Assembly: GCF_009834535.1 (NCBI RefSeq)
Contig: NC_045696.1
Span: 69,256,001 to 69,320,000 of the forward strand
DNA length: 64,000 bases
From: Camelus ferus
Taxonomy: Eukaryota
Direction: 5' to 3'
In this document: positions 50,410 to 64,000 of the stretch, one piece after another
Layout of the letters: each line of letters starts with the position of its first letter
How positions within the stretch are numbered: position 1 is the stretch's first letter
Position numbers and translations under genes: made by a program
Notes under the pieces: model-generated
Told to the model about the DNA's origin: nothing
The model's database searches: none
Seen by the model: the letters and a program-made list of their open reading frames with translations, nothing else

Positions 50410-53400
50410 CAACCCTGTAAGGTAGATATTGCTCCTCCCATTTTACAGGTGAAAAAATCAAGACTTAGAGAGGCTAAGGTCAGAATGGTGGTGCACTGCA
50501 CTTGGCTCTGGATGACTCCAAAGCCCACCCACTAACTCCTGCACCTCCTGCCTCTCAGGTCAGAAACCTGAGTACGTCTGAGCTGGCTTTGTGAAATTTC
50601 TGCTTTCCAAGTAGCACGTTGAGGAAGAGGTATTTCAGCATCCCTCAAGGTAGTGTTTGCTTCTCCTTTTTTGCTTTCTTTTTCTTTTCCCATGAATCCT
50701 TGCATTTCTCCTATCCTCCATGCCAAACTGGTAAAGTGGTGTCCCTGTCTACTAGTAAAATGATGAAGATGATTTAAACTGCTTTCCTCCTCTTGTGAAA
50801 AAGATTTCCCCCATCAGTTAGATGCAGCAGGAAGAACGAAAGAAAACAGGTCAGCATTTCTAGCTTCTCAAGCTGCTTTTCAATAAAGAAAGAGGCAAAG
50901 AAAACGCCAGAGATAGGCATGAATTGTGCTGAAGAAATTTCCTCCAGGAGAAAAGCGGCTGTCCTCCCAGAGAGGGCTCATTTATCTATTCAGTCAGCTT
51001 GCTGGAGCAAATTCTCCAGGAAAAGGTTTTGAGTTAGAGTGGCCCTGAAGATGGGGGGTGGGGGGCGGTCTATAATTCAGTGCTTTCTGTGCTAATAATG
51101 AGGTTGATAATGATAATGATATTTTCATATCTGTACGCTCTGCATTTTCTGGTTTGAAACGCTCCTGCAGTGCAGGTTTGTGGTTTTTTCCTCCAGTACT
51201 TGTCCTGAGGTCCTGTCTAAATTCCCATCAGGTATGCTAAAAGGGGTCTCTGGTGCCTTTGGGAGCTGGAGGATGGTACATTTTTGATTCATAAAAGTTC
51301 CTAGAATGTAGGAGCCAGAGGATGCTCCACCCAACTCCTTTATTTTACAGACAAGATCCAGAGAGATGACTTGCCAACATGTGATGACCCAGAACAGTCC
51401 CCTAGGGAAGACTGGCCTGTCTTTCCTGTAAAACTCTCCTGTCAGAGCTGCTTTGGGCTGACAGAGAAGAACGTGGCCCCAGTGTCCAGGGGACAGGCAG
51501 TAGGCTCTATAAAAAGAATGATATGTGGGTCAGTTCTGCCTCCTGTTATCTTTGGAGTGGCCTTGCATGCCAGTCCTTGACCCTCTGTGGAGCTCCGGGC
51601 AGGGTCTCCACGGTGGATCAGGAAAAGGGCAAGACCAGTCCAGGAAGAGTGGGCAATGGGGAAAGTTCCTTAGAGGGCATGTGGAAGGAGATGAGCTGGA
51701 GGCCGAGGGGAAGGAGTCGGAGGGGAACTAAGAGGGCGAGAAAGCCGTCTTCCTTTCAGGGCCCCCCCACCAGCCGAACAGCACTTTTGACAGACTTTCC
51801 TTATTTGTCTATGAAGGGGATTTCAAATCACTCAAGATGGACTCATGTGGTTGCCAGGGTAACAGTGTTCCCATCGTCACTGCCATGGAAACTCTTTCTG
51901 TGGCATAATATAAATATTTTCCTTTAAGAATGAGACGGGGAGTCAAGTGGGTGACAAGCTATTTTCCAAAGCTCACGGGCTGTGGCCAGAGCCTGCGATG
52001 GAGGGGAGGAAGGAGGGGACCAAATTAGCTCAGATTCTATATAGTTCACAGAACAGGCTGTTTTTACGTGTTTGTTTTTAGATATAGGAGCCAAAAAAAA
52101 AAAAAAAATGGGGGAGAAGGGCAAAAATGTCAGCGAAAATAGTCCGTAATTCTTAAGTGGAAAGAGGTAAGAATTTCCCGTTTTCTCTTGTTTTTCTCAG
52201 GGATGGTCTGTAAGACAGACCCTCAGATAAAGGGCTGAAGTCACGTTAAAGAGTTTCCAAAGCCTCCTCTTCTTCCTCAAACCTTGTCCAGTGGAGAATG
52301 AAGCTTAAAGAGGAGATAAGAGTGCGAGAGAGTCCCGGGGCCCGGGAGGAGGGACATCGTTTGACCTCCTGTACTGTTCCAGAGGTTGGAGTCACAGCAA
52401 TCCGTCTTGCATCTGCTACCTTGGGCACACCCCACAGTCACGGGGTACTGTGGCCACACCTTCTTTGCCCTCAGCTCCCTCAGAAGAAACACCTGTCACC
52501 TAGGAGGGGGACAGGACCAAGTGACCTCCGAGGTACCTTCCAGTGTGAGATTCTAAGGTTCCTTAGTTCCTGCTGTCAAGAGTTTGATTCTGAGAGTCAA
52601 CAGTTCTTTATCCAAAGATGCTCTGATTTTATTATTCTAACAGCCTGTTATCTTAATTGAGTGCAAAGTGAAGCCGAGGGCAGCAGCTGTGGGTGGCTGG
52701 AGGGACGGGTCACTGCTCGGCTGCTGCACTGGTCACTGTATCATCCTTCCCAGGGCCCAGAACACTGATGCCAAGGCCTCCGCCTGGTGCTCCTCCAGCT
52801 CATCTCTGTTGTGGGAGTTTTGCTGGCTTAAATAACTCGCTTTCAGGAGCTTATGAAGAAACAGGCTCCCAGAAAACATAGCCAGGCTGCAGCAGTGACT
52901 GTGGCCTGAAAGCAGCCAACACCGTCACTCCTGAAAGCTTGCTGGCTGGCCTGCGCTGACTTTCCACGGGCTGGTGGAAGAAGAATGCTACTGGTTCTGT
53001 AATCAGGGGGCATCCAGGGAGGGGCCAGAGCCTGCAGCCCCACCTGGCAGCTCCACGCCAAAGAAAGGCGGGTGGGGATGGGGCTTTGCATGGACGCTTA
53101 CACTGCAGCACGATGAAGCTGGCCTGCGAGACCGAGAAGGTTCACAATTGTCCTTCCAGTTTATCTTCAGCCCTGGGGGCTGTGTCTGGAGCTCTCAAGT
53201 GCGTGATGCTGGGCAAGGGCTTTAACCCTCTCAGCCCCGGTGCCCCGCTCTGCAGTGGGGGACAGCACAATTGATGGAACAGACGATAACCAAATCAGCC
53301 AAATGAGCCCGAATTTAGAAATGGGGCATGGATGCTCATTTAGCAGTTCTCAAAATGCCAAGGAACCCTCTTCATAGCAAGAGAGGGGGCATTCGAATCT

Positions 53401-55131
53401 ATAAAAGAAATGCCACCACCTTTGTCACACAGTAAGATAAAGCAACGTATCTGTTCTGGGACAGGACTGGTTATGATTTTGTTTTAAAGAAATCATCAGG
53501 TAGATTCATGAATGATGGATATTGGAACTTTTTTTTTTTGTCTCACTGTGAAAACAGTTTTATTGCTGTTTTGGTTTATATAATTAATGCATGCTCTTTG
53601 GAATAATTTGAACAATGTGTAGAAGTGGAAGAAAGAACTTAAAAAAAAATCACTTAAAATCTTAAAATCCCACCACGCTGAGATGATCCCATTACCCATT
53701 TGTTGGCAGTATTTTGCATATATGTAAATGTTGTATAACTACATGTATCATTTGACATAAATGAGATTCTTTCACACATACTGTTTTTATTTGGGGAGAT
53801 ATTTTTTTGACTGCAGTCTTTTGCTCTCTGACCTCCCCACTTCCCTTCTGCATGTCTCTCCGCCTGCATCAAGCTCCCGTCTCATTCCAGGGAACCCACG
53901 ATAACCACCTTGTGGATGAGGCCCTGGGACAGAGGCCAGTGAGGCAAGGGAAAAATATGAAAAACTCCAAGTCTTCTTATACAGATTGAACTCCTCCTTT
54001 TATTGGGTTAGTCCTTGGCATTTTCTAGTTTTTTATTTTCCTTTTGTTTGGATTTTAATTGTGGTTTTTCCTGGCCACTTGGGAAAACATCATTGAATAT
54101 GGTCATTATATCCCCATGGACTCTTGCTTCTATTTCTACCAGATAGACTCCAAGAAGAAGGACCATTACGTGGAAGAGCATGTGGATTTTTTATTTCAAA
54201 AGATAAAGCGAAGTTGATCTCCAAAAGGATTACTATTGTATATCTGCTTATAAGGGAAGGCAGACAGCATTTGAGGGTAGCTTCTACCCCGACATTCCCA
54301 CAAGTAGTCACTGTTTTCCTTTTCTTCAACTTTCTGCATTCTTGTGGGGCTCCTGTGACACCTCATAATCTTTAAGTGTTGCATTTTGATGACTTTTAGG
54401 GGTGCGGGCATATTTCCCTATTAACTGACTGTTTTATACTTCTGTGAATTGTGTACTCCTACTTTTTGCTTTTTCTTCTCTGCAAAGTTTTGTTTAAACT
54501 TTTACTTTGAAATAATTTTAAACTTACAGAAGATTGTCATCTGATACCACTGGGGACATTAACTTTGATTACTTGGCTAAAGTGGTGTCTACCAGGTTTC
54601 TCCACTGTAAAAATCTGTTTTCCCCCAGGTTAAGGGTTACTCTTGACTTCAGCTGAGCTACCGTGCCCAGCTCTCAAGTCAAAGCTAAGTATTACAGCTG
54701 GCCTGTTAGAAATTCCTGCCAGCTGTAGACAAAGGCAGGGATGATTTTGCAAAGTCTGCTCACTTCTCTACTCATTGATAATAATTGCAGACACTTTCTG
54801 TGTGCTTCCTATGTGCCATAGGGAGCCTATGGTGTCTTGTTGCTGTTGTTCACTGATTTCAAGCCATGTCTGTCTCAATCCTTAGCAGTGTTCTTTTTAT
54901 CAATAACTAATTTTTTAAGTCAAAGTAGCACATGTGCATAACTTGAAAGTCAAATGGTACTAAAAGGCCTATATTGAAAACACCAGTCTCTTAATCATTG
55001 TTTGAAACACTCCTCTCCTCCAATCCTGCTCTCTAGAAACAACTACGCACAGCTCCTTTAGCGAGTTCTTCTACGTTAGACCTCCGCTCTTCTCGGTCTT
55101 AACCTACCACTTTAAGAGTGAGGCACTGAAA

Positions 55132-55509
55132 GTAAGCCAGAAAGAGAAAGAAAAATACCATATGAGATCAAAAAAAAAAAATCAAAAAAAAATAGAGAAA
55201 CATAAATGCAAAACAGAAACAGACTCACAGACATAGAATACAGACTTGTGGTTGCCAAGGGGGAGGTGGGTGGGAAAGGATAGACTGGGAGTTCAAAATT
55301 TGTAGATACTGACAGGCATATGCAGAATAAACAAGATTATACTGTATAGCACAGGGAAATATACACAAGATCTTGTGGTAGCTCATAGCAAAAAAATGTG
55401 ACAATGAATATATGTATGTTCATGTATAACTGAAAAATTGTGCTCTACACTGGAATTTGACACAACATTGTAAAATGACTATAACTCAATAAAAAGAATG
55501 TTTAAAAAA
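55132..55509 (+). mobile_element. Young camelid-type L1 3'UTR fragment with 18-bp TSD
   Basis: gtaagccagaaagagaaagaaaaatacc...ataactcaataaaaa; perfect TSD AAGAGTGAGGCACTGAAA at 55114-55131 and 55510-55527; endonuclease-type site ttt|aaga. Confidence 0.93.
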
Positions 55510-56349
55510 AAGAGTGAGGCACTGAAAAGCTACTAGGAAGCGCTGGTGTATATGGATAGAACATATCAGTTGATTGGCTTTTCTTTAGGATTTTCAAACA
55601 CTGAGTCAGAATTTTCAGAGAAATAGATGCAAATATCAATTTTCTGGCTATGTGGGATGGGGAAGAGGTCTGGGATCCCAACGCACTATATGCAGACTTT
55701 CACACAATGGTTCTTGTTTTCAGACCAGAGTCTCATCCGTTTTTCTCAGCAGAGCCTCCAAATCCTCAGCTTCTCAGGAGTCTGTGGTTCTACCTAACGC
55801 CAGGGTTTTCTACGACAGATCCTTAAGATCCTCTCTGCTAACTGAGTGACCACTATTTCATCTGCTTTCCATCCTCCAAAAATTCATTTAAATGTCTTAT
55901 CTGCTGTTGCCCTTCTGTTCTCCATGTTCTTATGTCTACGTTTACTCCTTTATTACCATTTTGACAAAGTTTTGGTAGGGCAAAGAAATGAACACCTGTG
56001 GCCAATTGGCTTTTTAAGACTGAAACTCATCACATGAGTTCTGAAATCACTGAATCTTAAAAAAGAAAGCAGTTAGGGACTTGATTTATTTCTCCCAGAA
56101 AGCTCCTTGCCACCTACACAAATTGTTCTACTTACTTCACAGGGAAATAATTTCTCTAGACCAAAAGCTATGAGTGGGTAGACTTCAGCAACTAAAAGAC
56201 ATACCCTGTTATGTTGACAAATGGAGGGGATTGGTTGGGGGAGGCAAGAGAGGGGAGAAAATGAAACGTGAAGGCATTGAAGGGAAGGGAGCCAAGGAAG
56301 CAATGAGAGACTACACAGGCTAGAGGAGATGAGAGGAACAAAGAGTTCA

Positions 56350-57062
56350 GTGCCACTTTATTCCTTAAATTTCTCCTACTTTCCATTCTTAACATCACTG
56401 TCTTAATTTATACTTATATTGTCTTACACCTGGACTGTTACAATGGTCTCCCAACAGGTATCCCTCCTTTCACTGTTGGTTCTCATAAGTCTATCATCCA
56501 TATGGTTATGTCACTTTCTTGTTTAAGATCCTTTATTGGCTCTCATTGCCCTCAGGATGAGGTCCAAGTCATCCCCATGACACCCAAGGCCTTCTGTTAT
56601 CTGGCCCCTGTTTGCATCTCCAGCCCCATTTTTCTCTACTTCTTGCCATGAACTCCTTGTAGTTTTTTTTTTCTAATTCTGCTCATGTTTCCCCTGGGGT
56701 TCTCCTTGCCTGGTTAATGCCTGATCATCTCTGAGATGCTCAGACATTGCTCACTACCCTCAGGAAGTTCCATCACCACCACTACCCCTGGGCCAAGTGA
56801 TCCTCATTGGGCTTTTGTAAAAACCAGTGCCTCTATATCCTTGTTGTGTGTGTGTGTGTGTGTGTACATGTGTGCACATGTGTGTACATGTGTTTAAATA
56901 ATTTTCTGTTTACTATGTGCTCCCTCGTCCGTGGTCCTCAAGGGGAAAAACTATATCTTGGTCTCTGAATCTCTATCACTTAACAAAGTATTTATTGGAC
57001 ATAATAGGCACAGTATCGAAGAGATGAATAAATGAACGATGGAGCCAGTGAATGAATGAATT
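56350..57062 (+). mobile_element. L2 3' fragment containing a (TG)n-derived microsatellite (56845-56893)
   Basis: cacctggactgttacaatggtctcc...ctcattgccctcaggat...tgaatgaatgaa tail. Confidence 0.7.
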
Positions 57063-57179
57063 TCAGAAGGAGTCACCTGGATGAGGTGCCTAAAATAGCT
57101 TGAAGTCAGGGGGCTGGTCTAGAGGTAGAGTTCAGCCCCAACTTGGGTCAGTGCCTATAAAGCCAACTCTGAAGGACCT

Positions 57180-57875
57180 CGCTGAATAAATAAAATAAGA
57201 TGTTGTCATATCTTACTCCAAAACAAATTTCTGATGGATCAAAGACTTAATTTAAAAAGAGAGAAAGAGCTATAAAAGTCCTAGAAGAAAGCATGTGAGA
57301 TTTTCTATGCTGGAGTGGAGAATGTATTTCTAACCAGGAAATAATATATACAAAACTTAAAGTACTTCATCTATGTATTTTTTTAACTGCATGAAAAAAA
57401 TGCCATGAACAAAGTCAAAGACTAACTGCAAAAACTACATGTAACATGTATAGGAAAAGGCTAATTTCCTTATTACATATAAAGAGTCACTACAATGAGA
57501 TTTACAATCCAATAGAAAAATGGGCAAAGGCCATGAAGAGGTAGTTCACATAAAAGGAAACACAGGACATTTAGATGATTTGAAAGGTGATCAACTTTAC
57601 TTACAATAAGGAAAAATATAGACTAAATATTTGGAGAGTCTGTCTTCACTTAGATTGGCAAAGATCAAACTGGTTTGGCAAGGTGGGGTAAAACAGACAT
57701 TCTTACACATTGTTGGTAGGGGTGTAAATTAACACAACTTTTTTATCTGTTAAGAGTGAAGACAAACAAACAAAAAAAGAGTGAAAACTTGCATGCTTTT
57801 TATCTGGCATTTGCACCTCTAGGTGCACCTTACATCTGGGAGGATAAAGTTAGATGTACCAGATATCTATTGCAT
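57180..57875 (+). mobile_element. Ancient L1 (L1ME-like) ORF2-end fragment
   Basis: gatggatcaaagacttaa...ctagaagaaa...ccaatagaaaaatgggcaaagg...agattggcaaagatcaaa. Confidence 0.75.
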
Positions 57876-57890
57876 TAATTAACAAATATT

Positions 57891-58004
57891 GGGAGGCGGG
57901 AGTATAGTGCAGTGGTAGAGCATATATTTGGTGCACATGAGGTCCTGGGTTCAATCCCCAGTGCCTCTGCTAAGGGAAAAAAAATCAGTGCAGCATTTGA
58001 AAAA
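57891..58004 (+). mobile_element. tRNA-derived SINE (Vic-1-like), more diverged copy, inserted in an L2 tail
   Basis: gggagtatagtgcagtggtagagcat...gaggtcctgggttcaatccccagtgcctc plus A-rich tail; AAATATTG repeated at 57884-57891 and 58005-58012. Confidence 0.85.
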
Positions 58005-59486
58005 AAATATTGAGTGCATGCTATGTTCAAAGCACTGTCTAAGTGCTAGAGATTATAACGGTGAGCAAAACAGACAAGACTTCTGCTCTCAGGAAACTTG
58101 CAATCTACTGGGACACAGAGACACCCATTAAATAGTTGTGTTTCCCAGGTGAGGGCTATGAGAGTCTACGAGAATATACCTTAAAGGAAACTGACAGGAA
58201 TCCCGGAAGTCTTCCTTATATAAGAGATATTGTGAGCTGCATTCAGAGGGCTCATGTTTGAGAAGACAAAGCCAACAACCGCAACACAAATTGTCAAGTG
58301 TCGAGGTTTGACATAGAGCACAAGGGGGTTAAATAACACATTCTTATTGTCTACCCTTTTCTAACTTTCGTAAACTTTGTCCAACACGAATTCAATTTTA
58401 AAAAGGAAGCACATGCTTAATTTCTTTGAGCTTCAATTTCATTATCTGTAAAATGGGAATGACAACACCCTGTAGGGCTATCATGAGGCTTAAATAGAAC
58501 TATGAGTGGGTCCCTATGAGGAGCAGCAGTGCAAAAAGACTGACTTGTTTAGTCAAGTCATTCGAGGCAAGATAACTGATGAAGAACTAAGAACTCATCC
58601 TTCCTGCAGACAAAAGCACATTTAAACTATTCTACACGGAGAGAACTCTTCTTTCTTTTAAGAGCTCAAGAAGAAAATACACGGCATTTAAAAAAATAAA
58701 CCCATCCAGGGTTAAATAGCAAACTAATTCTCAGTGTGTTCAAGTAATAGGATCTTAGCGCTAAAAGCCTAGGAAATAATAAAGCCCACAGAGAAAGTCC
58801 AGGAGTGTGACTGTGGTGCACCCATTGGTAAAGGGCGGAGCTCTTTCTCCATTATTGCCAGTCCTCATAGTTAGCTGAAATCCTCTGCCTGAGATTTTTT
58901 TCTTTTGTTAAGAATATCTAGTCACTGTTCCTATGACCCTCCTGGTGCCTCAGCACTGAGGGGGTTGGGAGCTAGAATAAGATCAATATCACGCATGCAT
59001 CCTGCCCTCCACGGCTTTGAAATTATGGATGAAGGATGCAGACATGGGGACAACTAGGAATCAGTTCAACACGGTGAGTAAGAAAGTGCTTTCTTCCATG
59101 GCATGGGAAGATCTTTGAATAAAAGTCACCCTTTGGCCTTTTCTAGACAGAAAGGCAATGCCTCACTGTAATTTCAGGCATTACTTGGCTTCTGACATCA
59201 AGGTCAGAATATTTCCCTGAAACAGCCTCAGACAAATTTCTAAAATATCAGGTCATGTCACAGAGAACTTCAGGGCAAGATCTGGGCATTTGTAGGGCAA
59301 AATACGGTGTCTAGAACACAGCAAGTTGTTAATTAATGATTTGTGTTTTGTGATTAGATGGGTTTAATGTCTTTTAGAATTTCCCTAGGTCTATTTTATA
59401 CTTATAATTTAGTTCCTAAATATTTCCCAGTCAAAATTACACCACAGCCCAGAAAGCTTCCAATTCACAATCTCTTCCTTGGAATG

Positions 59487-59903
59487 TGTGGACAAAAAAA
59501 AGTCACCCGCCATTTCGGTATATAACAGATGTTGCCACTATCAAGCCATCAGCCACTGCAGCTGCCCTCCTGCCCCTACTGGAGTGCCCTGAGGGAGAGT
59601 CAGGATGAAGAAAAACAAGATACTAGCCCTAGATAAGATAGATCTCTAAGGAATAATTTCAGTGAGTCCAGATTCTTGCATCTTCCCCTACACAGAAGAG
59701 CACTAAAATCATTAACTTGAGTTGTCTGTTTTTTGTGATTAGCAGTAATTTTTGACGTTTGGCTAGTTTTTTTTTGGGGGGGGGGTTCCTTCAGCAAAAA
59801 CTCCTATATATCCTGGCTCCTCCCTTATCTCTTCAGAACTGCAAGGTCCCAGAATAAAACATAACTTGTAACTTTTAGGTTGTGCATTTTTCTTCAGTGG
59901 ACA
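59487..59903 (+). mobile_element. Solo ERV1-like LTR (~417 bp)
   Basis: TG...CA ends with 4-bp flanks AATG/GATG; TATATA near 59805; AATAAA 59853-59858; U5-like end aacttttaggttgtgcatttttcttcagtggaca. Confidence 0.75.
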
Positions 59904-61384
59904 GATGACAGGAGAGAAGACTAGGAAGAAAGGGGGAGAGCTGCTCCGGGGGCCATGGGTGAGGACAGCCCTTCTGTGGGCATTTGTCTCCTTGGTTCGT
60001 GCCTACAGGAGAAAACCTGCATCAGGTGCACATTGGCATCACCTGGGAAACTTTTTAAAAAATATTGGTTCCATTCCAGATGGAAGCTAATCTATCAGGT
60101 TTTAAATAAAATCTCTGAAAAATTGTTCAGGAAGGAAAAGGAAATTAAAAGAGGCTTTTTGAGCAAAGTGCAGAGGGAGAAGGAGGAAAACAAATGGAAT
60201 GTCTGCCTCCCTCAAGCCAACTGGTCGGTTTTGGAAACTTTGCACCTCTAAGTAGGTGGTTTCACACCCTGTGGGTTACCCCACCTCCCCACCCCACCTG
60301 ACTGGAACAGCAGGTGAGAACCATGGGAAGTAGGTTGAGGGAAATGACAAATTGTGCAGATCTTTGAGGAGGCTGGGGAGGAGGGGGTGGGTGAAAAGCC
60401 TCGGGGGAACTCCACAGGGATGCTTTAAATGGCATCTTTGTCTTGAAGATCACAAAACCATGATGCTCACTCAGGAGGGATCTTAGAGCTCATGTCTCCC
60501 AACCCTCTGTGACAAGGACACATCTGCCTGGAGGGGAGAGGTTACTTCTCAGGTCCCACAGCCAGCTAGTACAAAGTCCGGGAACGAGGACTCCCAGGGC
60601 TCACTCTTTCTAGCCCCTCAGATGGGGAGCAACAGACCTGGAGGAAAATGTTATGTTCACAAAGAAGGCAGAGCCCCAAACCTGCCTTCACCTGATCTTA
60701 TTCGCCTCATTTATTCTGGTCCCTCCTGCCGGGGGTGGAGCCTCAAGTGAAGGCCAGTTCAGGGAATGAGCCGGGCTAGGTTTCATTCCAATGAGCTGCT
60801 GTCCTGGGGTCTCTGGATGCCCGTGGCAGGCACCAGCCCTCCAGCCCAACCCGGAAAAATGGAAATGTTCCCCAAATTGTTTGAAGTGGCCCTTAGCCTG
60901 CTGTTAGGAGGCTGCCTCACTCAGACTCTCTTCTCAGCAAAAAGTCTTCCTCTTTTCCACCTCAAAGATGAAGACGACAGCGTCTGTGTCCTTCCCATAC
61001 CTCCAGGAGGCAGCGAGACTCAGAACATGACTTGATCATGGGACCCACGTCACACTTGTCTGCCCCCAGAAAGCCTGTCAGCAAAACGGGATCCCTCCCT
61101 CCGCTCCATTCATTCCATTCCATCCAGTGAACATTTGCAGTGACAGGTGCTGGTAGAATAGAGACATTGGAATTGGTCCCTGTTCTTGAGAATCACAATT
61201 TAACCAGGGGGACATATACACACCCTTCACAGAGAGTAGTCTTCTCTTCTGTCCTCCAGTCCATCACCTAGCTCTCTACCTCTCAAACTACAGCCTCTCC
61301 CAGGATCCTGTAGAGACCCTGATAACGATATCCTGGTGTATGCCCTGGGGTCCATGTGGAGGGCGCTGACTGTGACCACCAGAC

Positions 61385-61520
61385 ATGCCATGTTTGGTCC
61401 ACGCAGGGTTTGACTATTTTTAATTCAAGCCAACTTTTAAAAATTTGGAAGTTTCATATTAAAATGTTGACCTCAAGTTTCTCTTAAAAATTGGGAAACT
61501 GGCAACATTGGGCCCCTACT
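61385..61520. mobile_element. MER103-like DNA transposon relic
   Basis: aagccaacttttaaaaatttggaagtttcatattaaaat...ctggcaacattgggccc. Confidence 0.5.
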
Positions 61521-63112
61521 GAACTGGAGCTGAAAGCAACTGCTCCCTGCGCTCCCCCCACCCCCCGCCTGACTCATAAGAAGAAATCAGCTCATCCACA
61601 AAAACACAGCATTGCATGTCGGGAGTGTAAGGAAGGAAATTAGGCTCACCCAGCTGATAGGTCCTAACATCTGGTGGGATGATCCTTATGGCCCTTTTCA
61701 TGATGAGCTATTTCATGCCCTCGTAGAGTTTGCTAGCCTTGGATTCTAAGGCCCTGCTTTGTTTTCCAACCTGAGAGTCAGGAGGCCCTCCCTCCCCTGA
61801 TGATCACCAGGTGATTCTTGGAGGGGTCATGATTTATACTTCTTTATAAAAGAAAACCTGTGATTTTGTTGTATTAGGGAAATGAGGTATAGCGGCTGTC
61901 CAGCTACTGGCTAGTGAATACACCCCCATCCTTCCTGCAATCACACTCCTCATACGTAATACTCATTTTGAATTTTGAGTCTTATATTCCATACTACTCT
62001 TTAGATAAAACATGGACTTTTTTGTTTGACACAATCCCTACCACTGTTTATGGCCTCCTCAACATGGGGGTTTAACATTGGTTGCCTTTTATTATCATCT
62101 TCCTATTGTTAAACAATTGTAAATGCTATTTTTTTAAGATAGCGAAAGATTTTTCTTTACTCATATTCTCACTACCCCATGAAGGTGGTAAAAATGAAAG
62201 CCAGACAGAGAAGACCATGTACTTAAAAAAACTAGGACATATCTCTTTGTGGAATAAAAACTGTTTTTGTGTTTAATGCGCTAAGTAGATCTAAGTTATT
62301 TTTTAAATCTTGATTAATGCATTCATTTACATCATCTGCCTGACCCTTACCGAAGTTTACATTTGCACTCATGGCTAATAGCATCCTAATGACAAGGCAC
62401 AAGAAGATCTGCAATTTCCTTCCTCCTCTCTGTGAGGCGGGGAGGGAGGAGGTATGACTAATAACTACCATTTCCCAGAGCTCTGCTGAAGCCAGAGAGA
62501 GCTCGGGGGTGGGCCTTCCCCACAGGGAGCCCAGGGAACAGCCCAGGGTTTGAACCTAGCCTCCTTGGCTGGCATGGGGCTCCACTGCTTACTCTGGGAT
62601 TTTAAGCAGTTTTCTGTGAGCCTCAGTTTGTTCATCTGCAAACTGTGGATGATACCACCTATTTTGTTGGGCCGCTGACAGAACAGAATAAACCTGGAGG
62701 GAAGGGGTGTTTGATGGGCAAATGTGGCTCTTCCGAGGTCCCGTGCTGAATCAGCAGTGGTGGCTTGGACCCAGGCCAGTACCCGTGCGTGCGTGGAGGG
62801 TCCCCCTTTGCAGAGTGTTTTGGATGCTGTGAGGGAAAGCTGCCTACATGTTTTAGTGCAAAGAGAGATGTTAAAAACCTTTCAAGTGTTTTTGTAGGGG
62901 GAAGAAAAAGGTTTAATTCAGGCTAAAGAAGTTAAAAGGAGACTTACTCCTCTTGCTCACTTCTCTAATATTTAATGTTCAGGCACAGGGGAACCGAGTG
63001 GGTTATAGACTCCGGGATTCCCTCTGCAGTAGTTGCTGATGGTGTTGTGAGAGCAGGGAGAAGACGCTGGACCGTAGCGCCATCAATCTTACAGCCGCAA
63101 AGACCTTATTAC

Positions 63113-63312
63113 AGTGGTTATCAACTCTAGTGCAAATTAGGATTGTCATGACGGGGTGGGACTGGGTGGGGGGATTTGGTAAGGATGCAGGTGCCGAGGC
63201 CACACCCAGACCTACTGAATTTGAATTTCTGAAGGGACCAGAAATCTGCATTTTCACACCCTGCCCACAAGGTGTTTTAGATGCAGGTGGTCCTCTGCCA
63301 GCACTTTGAAAA
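63113..63312. mobile_element. MER5A-like MITE
   Basis: cagtggttatcaac...cccagacctactgaatttgaatttct...gaaatctgcattttca...gatgcaggtggtcc...cactttgaaaaacact. Confidence 0.8.
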
Positions 63313-64000
63313 ACACTCCCTCCACCTCTCCAATCCCCATCCCCTCCTTGCACCCTCTGCAAAAGAGTTTGGACCCAGAGTCACCCTCTCAGCTGGAACT
63401 GATTCGAGGCAGCCCATGCCTGCCTTGGACAGCTTTGACAGTTAGAATGTTTCCTCCACAAACTCAGTTAAAGTTGTGTCTCCCCACAATTTACATACAG
63501 GGATGTTCTTTGCAGAGCTGGTCTCCCCACACCCATTCACCCCATGCTCTTATGGGCCTTCAAATACTCAAAACCAAGATCCTGCCTGTAACCCACTGCC
63601 CCAGGCCTCAGCAATCTATGGTTAGTGTCCAGTAATGATCCCAACCCCACTGTACTGGTTCTTTCCCCTTTGTGGGAAGTGTCCCACACCAGCCCACACA
63701 CAGTCCTCCACTCCCTGGGGCTCCTGCAGGTCTCTCCTCTCCTGCCTGGCCCCTCCAGTGCAAAGCATGATAACTACCGCTACTGGTTTCTGCAGTGAAG
63801 AGCTGGTACTGGTGGCCCCCAGAGCTGCAGTCCTAAGGGGCCAGAGCAGGGGGGTCTTCCCAGAGAACTGGGTGGTCCAGCAACTGGCCGATTTCCTTTC
63901 AGAGCTGTTGGGGGCTCTGCCAGGCAATCACCATGCCCCCTCCCACCGAACAGCCCAGTGGAATTCTCCACATCTCACAGGGCCCCTGAGAAAAATGGCT

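Noticed and set aside
43909..61368. Weaker CTCF-like matches (near 43910, 45645, 61352; also 28219)
   Set aside because: Each misses conserved core positions; expected by chance in GC-rich DNA.
11300..64000. Additional protein-coding genes, processed pseudogenes, lncRNA exons, CRISPR arrays or a novel multi-gene system
   Set aside because: No ORF with recognisable homology, no chain of in-frame splice-bounded exons and no repeat-spacer arrays. Spliced lncRNAs cannot be confirmed or excluded from sequence alone.

Overview
Mammalian genomic DNA, most likely camelid, judged from Vic-1-like tRNA-derived SINEs, camelid-type L1 3' ends and a cetartiodactyl-like gamma-S sequence. The first ~11 kb hold two + strand genes. 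One is the 3' end of TBCCD1 (last coding exon 848-998, stop 975-977, probable non-coding terminal exon from 3292 to ~4050). The other is a complete, intact 3-exon CRYGS gene (CDS 5623-5643, 10230-10472, 10861-11133; 178 aa) with a TATA box and Maf/AP-1-type promoter motifs. The remaining ~53 kb look intergenic and consist largely of transposon relics (L1, L2, MIR, MaLR/ERV solo LTRs, MER/Tigger). Almost all ORF-track entries there appear spurious. I found no convincing new multi-gene system. The most unusual items are a perfect 21-bp hairpin in a TBCCD1 intron, a four-layer nested insertion containing a probable L1 3' transduction and an L1-in-L1 chimera, a 70-bp dispersed local duplication, a 2-codon uORF abutting the CRYGS start codon, and CTCF-like motifs that may bracket CRYGS. 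Gene and repeat names come from recall of known sequences, not database searches, and repeat boundaries are approximate unless TSDs are given.
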